A stretch of DNA of 33,508 nt from positions 1 to 33,508 of the forward strand of contig CALSCO010001329.1 in the NCBI GenBank assembly GCA_943704415.1. The letters are read 5' to 3'. The translations under genes were made by a program, and so were the position numbers. Of the stretch, positions 1-8,729 are shown piece after piece; the first letter of the stretch is position 1, and each line of letters begins with the position of its first letter. The notes under the pieces were generated by a model that had not been told where the DNA came from, did no database searches, and worked only from the letters and a program-made list of their open reading frames with translations. Source of the DNA: Parvularia atlantis. Its lineage: Eukaryota.

Positions 1-173
1 ATCTCAAGAACCACGAGCACTGCTCGTGATGCGGAGGGAAACCCCTGAGGCTGCCTCGGGCCACCAAGGACGACTCGGCTCCACAGTGAAACAAGGAGTT
101 CAGTTTAGGTTTAAAAAGGCACTTTTGTAAGAGGCGTTCACGTTGAGCAGTTTGTGACATCGCGCAAGCCACC

Positions 174-1142
174 CTGGAGTTCCCGTCGCTGACCGAGCGC
201 TGCAGTGCGCCGCGTGCGCGCCTCGCGTGCCCATCGCGCTGACGCCCCCGTGGCCCACTCGCTGCGCACCCTAGGCTACGCTGCGTGCCAGCGCATCGGT
301 GCGCGCGCGTGCGCCGCTGCCGCTCGCGATCGCGTCCTGACGGAGCGCGCCGGTGCCGCAGACTTCCTCCCATTCAAGTGCGTCGGCTGCGGGCGCGTGT
401 TCTGGTGCGCGCGTGCGCGTGCGCGTGCTGGCGGCGCAAGACCGATGCGGGCGCGCAGCCTCGACCACCGCACGTTCACCGAGCACGAATGCACCGCGCC
501 GACGCGAGACGCGCAGCTGCTGATCTGCCCGCTGTGCGCCGCGCCGGTGCCAGGCCCACCCGGGGACGACCCGAACGTCCGCGTGCGTCGCGTCGCGTCG
601 CGTGGATCGCGGCGCGGCTGACGTGGGCGGCGGCGCGCAGATGGACGAGCACATCGCGGGCGGGTGCGCGGTCGCGGCGAAGAAGCGATCGGCCGCGAAC
701 CGGTGCAGCGCGGCCGGGTGCAGCACCAAGGTGCTCGTGCCCGTCGTCTGCCCAAAGTGCCGCCGCGGCTTCTGCGTCAAGCACCGGTTCGAGCTGGACC
801 ACCGCTGCGAAGGGCCGCGCGCCGGTGAGCGTGGGTAGTCGCGTGTGTGCGTGCTGATTGGCGTGCGCAGCTACTGCTTCTGCACGGCCGGCAGCAGCTC
901 AACCCGCACGGCCGGCAGCAGCCCACCCCGCACGGCCGGCAGCAGCTCAACCGCCGTCGGCCAACCCGTTCGCGGCGATCATGGCACCCGCGGCGGCGTG
1001 GACGGCGGCGCAGGCGCCGCTGACGGCCGAGCAGGAGGAGCGCATGCTGGCCGAGGCGATCGAGCAGTCCCTGGCGGACCAGCAGCAGCAGCCCGCGCAG
1101 CAGCAGCAGCAGCAGACTGTGGACATGTGCCGTGTCATGTGA
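174..1142 (+). CDS. ZFAND2B: AN1-type zinc finger protein 2B-like (AIRAPL/aip-1): two AN1 fingers, UIM, C-terminal CAAX; 5 introns
   Basis: Spliced translation (L)EFPSLTERCSYAACQRIDFLPFKCVGCGRVFCLDHRTFTEHEC..LICPLC..NRCSAAGCSTKVLVPVVCPKCRRGFCVKHRFELDHRC, UIM EEQERMLAEAIEQSL-like segment, ends CRVM*. The first codon is CTG at 174 (see findings). Confidence 0.88.
882..953 (+). repeat. 3 x 24-bp coding tandem repeat (ARPAAAQP/HP)
   Basis: gcacggccggcagcagctcaaccc at 882, with near-identical copies at 906 and 930, in the linker of ZFAND2B. Confidence 0.9.
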
Positions 1143-1293
1143 AGGCAGCTGTCTGAGCGCCAGACTCAGTGGAAAAGATAATGTGCATTTGGGGGGCATG
1201 CCGAGGGTGAAGGGAGTGGTTGAATGGGAGAGGGCGGGGAGCGGCAGGGCATTTCCTCACGGCGAACTTCTGAAAGAATGAACGAACGAAGGG

Positions 1294-1870
1294 TCAGACG
1301 TGCAGCCGCGGCAGAGAGCGCAGGGGCAGGGAGAAGTTGCCCTTGTTGCCCCGGAGGAAGTCGTCCATGGCCGTGAACGGCGAGCGCATGGGGATGAGCG
1401 ACTGCAGCGCGGCGAACGACGGCAGGCTCGACGCGCTGGCCGAGGCCGAGGCTGCGGCTGCGGGCGACGAGACAGCGGTGGCGGCGGGCGAGGGGTCGGA
1501 GCTGCTTGCGACGGCCGCAACCGACGGCAGGCTCGCGCTTCGCGGCTGCTGCTGCTGGTGCTGCTGCTGCTCCATCTGCTGCTGGCGCGCGGCCGCGAGG
1601 GCGATGACCGAAAACTGCTCGAGGATGCCCGCGGCGGCCGTGACCGAGGGCTCAATGCCGTCGTCCATCGCGTCGTCGTGCTGGTGCCGCCGCGAGCCGC
1701 TGGTCCGGCGCACGTCATTGGTCGGCACCTTGCCCGCGGCCGAGACGGCCCCGTGGCCCCGCCGGCGCGAGCGCGCCCGGCCGATGTCGGCGAGAAGCGG
1801 CGACCCCGCAAGCAAGTGCGGCGAGCCGCCGTCGCTGGACGAAGTCGACGAGCCGGGCACACCGCGGTCG

Positions 1871-1908
<38 letters not shown>

Positions 1909-2550
1909 AGCCGTCGCTTCCGAGTCGTGCCCGCTCGCGACCGTGCCCTTGGTCGGCGCTGACCCGTAGGCGTAGTACGGGAACGGCTGGGCCAGGCTGG
2001 CGGGGAGCGGCTGGGCGTTCACGGCCGGGGCGGCGCCGCCGTAGAGCAGGTGGCCGTACGAGAGCGGCGGGAGGCCGGCGGCGAGGAGGGCGTAGTGGTG
2101 CGCCGGGAGGGTGAGAGGCGCGCCGTCATCAGCCAGGGCGGGGGCGGCGTGGACCGGGGTGGGTTGCGCGAGCTCGGCTGTCCTGTCGACGGCGTGCTTG
2201 TGGTGGTGGCCCTGGCGCTGCTCGGCCGCGCCGAGGCGGCGGATGGAGCGCTGCTGCTGGTGCGCGGGCGTGTGGATGCGCAGGTGGCGCGTGAGCTCGT
2301 CCGAACGCGAGAAGCGCTTGTGGCAGCCCGGGTGCGTGCACTGGTGGGGCTTTTCGCCGGTGTGGGTGCGCACGTGCCGGTTGAGGTGCTCGTGCCGGTA
2401 GAACATCTTGCCGCAGGTCGCGACGGGGCACTTGAACGTGCGCTCGCTGCCGGCGCGGCCCGAGGCGGGCGCCGAGGCCTTGCGCGGCATGGGCGGGGCG
2501 ACGTTGGGCTGCTGGTGCGGCGGCGGCGCGGGGGCGAAGAAGCCGTCCAT
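1294..2550 (-). CDS. Mig1/CreA-like two-finger C2H2 carbon-catabolite-repressor-type transcription factor, apparently intronless
   Basis: [55 protein letters not shown] matches the CreA/Mig1 finger pair (R.EH..RH / RSDELTRH). C-terminal [11 protein letters not shown] resembles the Mig1 LPPIRSLPL effector motif. Single 418-aa ORF. Confidence 0.85.
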
Positions 2551-2836
2551 CCGCGCGGCGACGGGCGACGAGGAAAGTGCCGCCGGCAGAGCGCTGGAGC
2601 CGAGAGCGGCGCGGGGGTCCGATGTCGCGGCTGGGTGATGTGGGGCGCGATGCGGATACGCGATGCGGATGCGCGATTTGGCCCTGCCTCGTCGCGAAGA
2701 GGGGGGGGGAACGTCCTCGGCGACCTGCGGGGTGCGCGGACGACGGACGGGGGGATGAGCGGAACTGCGGGCGGCAGCGGCCCCGAAGGGGGGACGAGGC
2801 GCGGAGAGGCAGTGTGCGGCGGTGGCGGTGGCCGCG

Positions 2837-3409
2837 CACGTGGTAGCGCGAGTCGAGCAGCCGCGCCGCGTGAAAAAAAACGCCAGTGCGCGGGCGGCGC
2901 GGTGCCGTGGGGACGGCGCAGGGCACGGGGAAGGCGGCGAGCAGCAGCAGCAACAGCAACAGCAGACTGAAGTGGCAGCGGCAAGCCGCGGTTATTTTTT
3001 TCACGTGCCGCGCGCCGCCTGAAAGGAACGAGCGGGCCGCGCGCGCGCGGGGCGGGGCGGAGGCACGCGCGCGGCAGGGCAGAGGGACAGAGAGGCGCAA
3101 AGGGGGCGTTGCGCGCGTGTCGGCGGATTCGGCGGCGCGTTGATTCGGCGCCCACGACGCGTCGCCGACGGGAGCGGGGGCGGGCCTGTGACACGTGAAA
3201 ACGCGGGGAGAACCGGGTGCGCGGGGCGGCGACGCGTTCGCCGTGTGTGGGGCGAGCAGTGCAGCGCAGGCAGCGCAGGCAGCGCGGGTGTGAGGCAGGG
3301 GCGGGCAGCGGCGGAGGAGGCGGGTGGGCCGTCGGCGAGGCGGCGGGGAATGAGGCGCGGTGGGGCGTGGGGAAACGGCGCTGCGGCCAATCAGGGCGAA
3401 GCGCACGTG
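2837..3409. promoter_or_regulatory. Upstream regulatory region of the Mig1/CreA-like gene: E-boxes, CRCGTGAAAA motifs, GC box, CCAAT
   Basis: CACGTG at 2837, 3002, 3192 and 3404. CGCGTGAAAA at 2867, TTTTCACGTG at 2998, CACGTGAAAA at 3192. AAAAC-GCGGGG at 3198-3208. CCAAT at 3387. Confidence 0.4.
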
Positions 3410-3810
3410 GCGCGGCCGGTCACGATGCCGAACGCGATCACGCGGGGCGCGGCTGACAGCGATAGCCGCACGCGCACCCACGCGCGACGCGCACACACGC
3501 GCACCCACGCGCGTGGCAACGAACAACAGAGACGGGCAGGCGCGCTGAGATGATGTGGGCACGGCACGCGGCACAATCACTCGGGCGCTCCCCCTCTTCC
3601 GCGCACTCGCCCGGGTGACAGCGACGCGCGCGTGTGCGTGAAAGTCCTCGATATCCCATCAGCTCGCCGCCCCACGCCCCACGCCTCACGCCTCACGCGC
3701 CGCGCCCCTTTGTCAGCGTGCACTTTCGCCGGCATCACCATCGGCTTAGCACGCATCAGGCGAGAGGTGTGGCCGCGTGATGCTCATCGCCTCGTCATCA
3801 CCCGCTCTCG

Positions 3811-3840
3811 CTCACGCTCACGCTCACGCTCACGCTCACG
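3811..3840 (+). repeat. (CTCACG)5 in a probable 5'UTR intron (3767-3855) of HPS1
   Basis: Five exact copies between a GTGTGG donor at 3767 and a CGCAG acceptor ending 3855. In-frame TAG and no ATG in the upstream exon. Confidence 0.75.
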
Positions 3841-3874
3841 CCCGTGCCCGCGCAGCGACGACGCCAGAGCACCG

Positions 3875-6426
3875 ATGCGGCGCTTCCTCGTGACCGACGA
3901 CCAGGGCAACCCGGTCTTTGTCGACGCGCACTTCGACCCGGACATGGCGCGGATGCTGTGCTTGCCCTTTGCGACGACGCAGGATGTGATGCAGGTGCGC
4001 GCGCACCGTGGCTGCCGCCGCCCGCTGCCATGCGCACGCGCTCAACGACCGACGTGCTGCAGAGCGTGTTCAGGGAGAAGTTTACGGCGATGCGCTGCGG
4101 CGACAGCCAGTTTGTCTTCACCCAGTACGACGAGCTGCTGTACATGGTCGTGAGCGACGAGGGCGAGTCGGTGCCGTTCCTGCGCCGCCAGCTGCAGCTC
4201 ATCCACGAGCTGCTGCTGTTCAAGTTCGGGCCCAAGCCGACCAACGTGCGCGGCGCTCGTCGCCCGCCCGCCGTCGCAGCCCGCCTCTCGGCTCATGCGA
4301 CATGCGCCCCCACTCAGAACCGCGCGCCCATGCACCGCCAGACGTCCAAGTACGCCGCCATCCTGCGCCCGCTCATCCACACCATGGGCACGCTCGGCAG
4401 CGCGCAGCAGAGCTACCTCGTCCAGTCGATCGAGCGCCTCGAGGTTAACGACGACCTGCGCGCGCGCTGGTGCGGGGGCAAGGCCGCACCGTTTGTGCGC
4501 GCGCCTGACGCAGCCATTGCGCGCATAGCATGACCTCGCTCGAGGAGGCGTGCATGGTGCACCGCGGGCACGGTGCCGCGCACGTGCTGCTGTTTGTCGG
4601 CGCGAAGCTCGTCGCGCACTATTCGCGGTCCGACAACCTGCGCCTGTCGCCGTCGGACATGTTCCTGATCAGCCTGTACATCCGCAGCCTGCAAGTGCGT
4701 CGGCGCCACGTGCTCAGCGTGCGCACTGATCACACGTGCGTGCAGGAGCCCCAGCGCGCCGACGCGCCCGCGACATCCGTGCCGCCGATGGCCACGTCCA
4801 TGGCCAACGACCAGTTTGTCTCGCCCTCGTCCGACAACATCAAGCTGTCGGACCCGGAGGATGTGCGTCGCGCGTCACCCACCCCGCCACAGCGCTGAAC
4901 GCCGCGCCGCGCGCTGTAGGAGTTTGTGCTCGCGCGCGAAGACCACGACGCCGAGGACGGCGAGGGCAGCTGGGCCGGCGGTGCGCGCACGGCGAGCACT
5001 ACGGGCGCGAGCGACGCGGGCGGCGAGCGCGGGCCCGACGGCGACCAGGACCACCAGGAGTTTGACATGAACGACGTCGGGGACGAGTCCGTGCCCGCGC
5101 CTGACCGCCCCTCGCTCGACTTGGACAACATGAGCGCGGTCTCGCAGGAGGCGCCCGTGCGTGCTGCGCGGCCGCTACGAGGGTGTGTGCTCACACGCGG
5201 GTGCGCGCGCACAGCCCGAGCTGTCCGTGCTCGAGCGCCTCTACCTGCGCACGCCAAACTACGCACCGTTCACAGTCTACATGGGCCAGGTCGCACCGAT
5301 GACGACGATGGTCGTGATCAGCGACAGCATGAAAGGCTCGGACCAGGAGCGGCCGGTGCGCCCCGTGCGTTGCACGCGGTGCCCCCGTGCTCATGCACCC
5401 CGCAGGTCATGGCGCTGATGCAGCAGTCGATCCAGCGCTCGCTGTCCAACTTCATCGACTTCCTCATCATTAAGGAGCAGACGCACCTGACTGTGCTCTC
5501 GTTCCTGTCGCACTTCCCGGGGCTCGTGCACTTTATCCACGTCGACCGGTCCAACCACCAGGTGCGCGCTGCTGTGCGCCCGGGCGGGACGCGTGTTCAC
5601 GCGGGGCGGCGCAGGTCATCGCGCCCGTGATCATCCCGCTCGACAACGAGCTCGACGCGTACGCGCAGGCCACGGCGTCGATGGCGGGCGCGGCCGCGCC
5701 GGGCGCCGCCGGGCCGGGCGCCGCGGCGAACGCGAGCGAAGACGACGAGGACGACGCAGCGCAGCTCGCGCAGGCGCAGACGGCCAAGTCGTCGCCCGAG
5801 CCGCAACGTGGCGCATCCACCCAGGCGCCACCACCGCCGCCGAGCGCATCGGTGACGGGCTCGGTCCCGGCGAGCGGCGAGCCCGCCAGCCCCGACCTGT
5901 CGCAGGCCAACGCGCCGCCGGCCGGCACGTCCGAGTCGGGCGACTCGTCGTCCTGGAGCACGCTCAAGCGGCGCGTTTGGAAGATGGTCTTCTGCGCACA
6001 GGACCGGCTGTCGCAGGGCTACACGTCGATGGTGATGCAGGCCGGCGGCTTCCAGTACTCGTACCATCTCTGGTTCGAGGACATCGAGGGCAACATGTGC
6101 GCACGCCTGCTCACGCTGCGGGCGGCACTGACCCTGCCCGCTGCAGCCTGCCGATCGAGCAGCCTCTGCCCTCGCCCGAGCTTTCGTACGACGGCAGCTT
6201 CTACCGGTGCGTGCGCCGCGGCCGCGTCGGGGCGCGCCGACTGACGGCAGCGCGTTGCAGGGAGATGACGCGGCGCCTGTTCCCGACCATGCACGCGCGC
6301 GTCAACTGCTACGAGCTGTACACGCTGCACCTCGCCGCCGTGCCCTCGCGCACGCTCATCGCGCACAACCGGCGGCTGATCCGCAAGCTGCGCGAGGGGC
6401 GGGTGTCGCGCCGGCCGGTCTTGTGA
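3875..6426 (+). CDS. HPS1: Hermansky-Pudlak syndrome 1-like longin-domain protein (BLOC-3 subunit); 10 coding introns
   Basis: Spliced motifs LYMVVSDEGES..LRRQLQLIHELLLFKFGP, QQSYLVQSIERLEVNDDLRARC, HVLLFVGAKLVAHYSR, FPGLVHFIHVDRSNHQVIAP, FQYSYHLWFED and CYELYTLHL are typical of HPS1. Confidence 0.85.
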
Positions 6427-6457
6427 GCGCACACACTTGTCCTTGTCCCGTCCGATC

Positions 6458-7152
6458 ATGCCGCTTCGACCGATGCTGCGCGCGCCGTTGCGGTCTGTGC
6501 CGCCTGCCTCGTCGTCGTCGTCGTCGTCGTCGTCGTTGTCGCGGCGCTGACGTGGCGCGAGCCGGGCGCAGCGCGTTCCACGTCGGCCAGAGCGCGAGCA
6601 TCCACAAGACGGTGACCGACAGCGACATCCGCGCCTTCGCCGCGCTCTCGCTCGACACGAACCCGCTGCACCTGGACGACGCCTACGCCAAGGTGCCGGC
6701 GGCGCCCCGATCGCAGATGGCGCACGACGCGTGACGCGCGGGCGGGCGGCCGCAGACGACGCGCTTCGGACGGCGCATCGCGCACGGCATGATCGCGGCG
6801 AGTGTGCTGTCGGGCGTGCTGGGGACGCGGTGTGCCGTCGTCGTTCTCGTCGTCGTGGTGCTGATCGAGCGGGTGCGGCGCGCAGCCTGCCCGGCCCCGG
6901 CGCCGTGTACCTCTCGCAGACGCTCAAGTTCACGGCGCCCGTGTACGTGGACGACGCGGTCGAGGCGCGCGTGACCGTGCTCAGCATGGACGAGGCGTGC
7001 CGGCGCATGACGCTCGAGACGGTGCGCGGTCGTGTGTGCCGCGTGTGTGTCGTGCGGCGTCGTGCTGATGCATGCGGCAGGTCGTGAGCAAGGCCGACGG
7101 CACCGTCGTGATCACGGGCGAGGCGCAGGCGCTGCTGCCCAAGGCGACGTGA
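6458..7152 (+). CDS. MaoC/PhaJ-like hot-dog-fold dehydratase (HTD2-like), with a short Arg-rich putative mitochondrial presequence; 4 introns
   Basis: MPLRPMLRAPLRAFHVGQSASIHKTVTDSDIRAFAALSLDTNPLHLDDAYAKTTRFGRRIAHGM..LPGPGAVYLSQTLKFTAPVYVDD; hydratase-2 motif D.NP.H.D and IAHGM. Confidence 0.88.
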
Positions 7153-7207
7153 GCCGTGTGCCCGCCTGCTGCCCAAGGCGACGTGAGCCGTGTGCCCGCC
7201 TGCTGCC
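7132..7207 (+). repeat. Exact 34-bp tandem duplication spanning the MaoC stop codon
   Basis: ctgctgcccaaggcgacgtgagccgtgtgcccgc at 7132-7165 and 7166-7199, followed by ctgctgcc. Confidence 0.92.
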
Positions 7208-7238
7208 GTTGCCGCGCACGACACAGCCCCAAGCCCAT

Positions 7239-8675
7239 TCACAACGAGACGACCTCGGACGCGGCCTTGCGCAGCCGGTTCATCACGGCCAGACCCGCCG
7301 CGTCCTCGCGCACGCCCTCGACCACGACCACGCGCGCGCCCGCCGCGTCCAGGTCGCGCAGTGCCGCAAACAACCCGTGCGCGACCTCGTCGGCCGACGC
7401 CGTCGCGCTCAGCACGTACTCGATCGCGCCCGCGACGCCCGCGGCCGTCACCCCCGGCGTCCACGGCACGAGCGGCACGGCCGTACTGCTGCTGCTGCGC
7501 GGCTGCGTCCGCACGATCGCGCACGGCACGCCCTCGCGCACCAGCGCGGTGACGCGGCGGTCGGCCTCGGCGGCGAGGGCGGCGGGCGCAGTGCCGTCGG
7601 CCGGATCGAGCAGAACGATGCGCGCCTCGGGCGCGTAGTGACGGTACTTCATGCCGGGCGTGGTCGGGGCGGCCTCCAGTGCGGCGCTGTGAAAGTGCTT
7701 GGCGTAGACGCGCAGGCCCGGCAGCAGCTCGCGCAGCTGCTCGTAGGTGACGCCGCCGGGTCGGAGCAGCGCGGGTGGGTCCTGAAGCACGTCGACCACG
7801 GTCGACTCGACGCCGACGTCGGCAGCGCCGCCGTCCAGCACCAGCGGCACGCGTCCCGCGCCCAGATCGAGCGCGTCGGCGACGTGGGCGGCGCGCGTCG
7901 GGCTCGGCCGGCCCGAGCGGTTGGCCGAGGGCGCGGCGAGCGGGAAGCCGCAGCGGGCGATGAGCAGGCGCGCGACGGGGTGGGCCGGCATACGCACGCC
8001 GACGGTCGGCAGGCCACACGTCACGGCGGGGGCGACTGCGGCCGGTGCGCGCGGGGAGAGATCAGTGCGCACGACGCCGAGCACCGCGACGGGCACGACG
8101 CCGAGCACAACGCCGAGCACGCACCGACGTCCGGTGCCACCGGCAGCAACAGCGTCAGCGGCCCCGGCCAGAAGCGCTCGATCAGCAGCCGCGCGGCCGG
8201 CGGGACGTGCGCGACGAGCGGCGCGAGCATCTCGAGCGAGGCGACGTGGACGATCAGCGGGTTGTCGGCCGGGCGCCCCTTGGCCGCGAAGATGCGTGCG
8301 GCCGCGGCGGGGCGCAGCGCGTTGCCGCCGAGCCCGTAGACCGTCTCGGTCGGGAAGCCGACGACGCCGTCGGCGCGGAGCAGCTCGACGGCTGCGCGGC
8401 GTGTGAGCGGGGCCGGCACACGGGGCGCGAGAGGGGCGAGGCCGATGCGCACCGCGGTCGAGCGCGGCGTCGCTCGCGGCATCGGCCGGCGCGACGTCAA
8501 AGACGTGCAGCGTGTTGGCGCGGACGTGCACTGCGACGGGCAGCACCTCGGTCGTGCTGCTGCTGCTGCTGCTGCTGCTGCTACTACTGCTGCTGCTGCT
8601 GCTGCTGCTGGTCGTGGTGGTGGCGCTGGCGGACGACATCGTGCGGCGGAGCAGCGGCGCGACGGCACGGCGCAT
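7239..8675 (-). CDS. SUA5: Threonylcarbamoyl-AMP synthase Sua5 (YrdC + SUA5 domains); 2 introns
   Basis: VVGFPTETVYGLGGNA..IFAAKGRPADNPLIVH, FWPGPLTL, AAPSANRSGRPSPT, GVESTVVD, PGMKYRHYAP, GLAVMNRLRKAA. ATGs at 8675 and 8639. Confidence 0.95.
   Translation of the reverse strand: MRRAVAPLLRRTMSSASATTTTSSSSSSSSSSSSSSSSSSTTEVLPVAVHVRANTLHVFDVAPADAASDAALDRGAHRPRPSRAPCAGPAHTPRSRRAAPRRRRRRLPDRDGLRARRQRAAPRRGRTHLRGQGAPGRQPADRPRRLARDARAARRARPAGRAAADRALLAGAADAVAAGGTGRRCVLGVVLGVVPVAVLGVVRTDLSPRAPAAVAPAVTCGLPTVGVRMPAHPVARLLIARCGFPLAAPSANRSGRPSPTRAAHVADALDLGAGRVPLVLDGGAADVGVESTVVDVLQDPPALLRPGGVTYEQLRELLPGLRVYAKHFHSAALEAAPTTPGMKYRHYAPEARIVLLDPADGTAPAALAAEADRRVTALVREGVPCAIVRTQPRSSSSTAVPLVPWTPGVTAAGVAGAIEYVLSATASADEVAHGLFAALRDLDAAGARVVVVEGVREDAAGLAVMNRLRKAASEVVSL
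8555..8610 (-). repeat. (AGC)n microsatellite encoding poly-Ser in the Sua5 N-terminus
   Basis: tgctgc run on the + strand, interrupted by tac units. Confidence 0.85.
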
Positions 8676-8729
8676 CGATTGAGCGTTGTGCAATCTGCCT
8701 CAATCAAAGCGTGTCACAACGGGGCGGCG

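Noticed and set aside
108..126. U5 snRNA loop-like GCCTTTT on the minus strand
   Set aside because: It reads GCCTTTTTAAA rather than GCCTTTTAC, and the U5 stem and Sm site are not evident.
6509..6536. (TCG)n run read as poly-Arg or poly-Asp coding sequence
   Set aside because: It lies inside intron 1 of the MaoC-like gene; an ordinary microsatellite.
7132..7207. Direct repeat of CRISPR-like length
   Set aside because: Units are contiguous with no spacers, there are no cas genes, and the context is eukaryotic.
6019..8019. 666-aa minus-strand ORF and similar long Arg/Ala/Pro-rich ORFs (e.g. 23877-25673, 29366-30895, 2129-3580)
   Set aside because: Shadow frames expected in very GC-rich DNA. 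They overlap well-supported spliced genes or regulatory DNA and show no recognisable domain.
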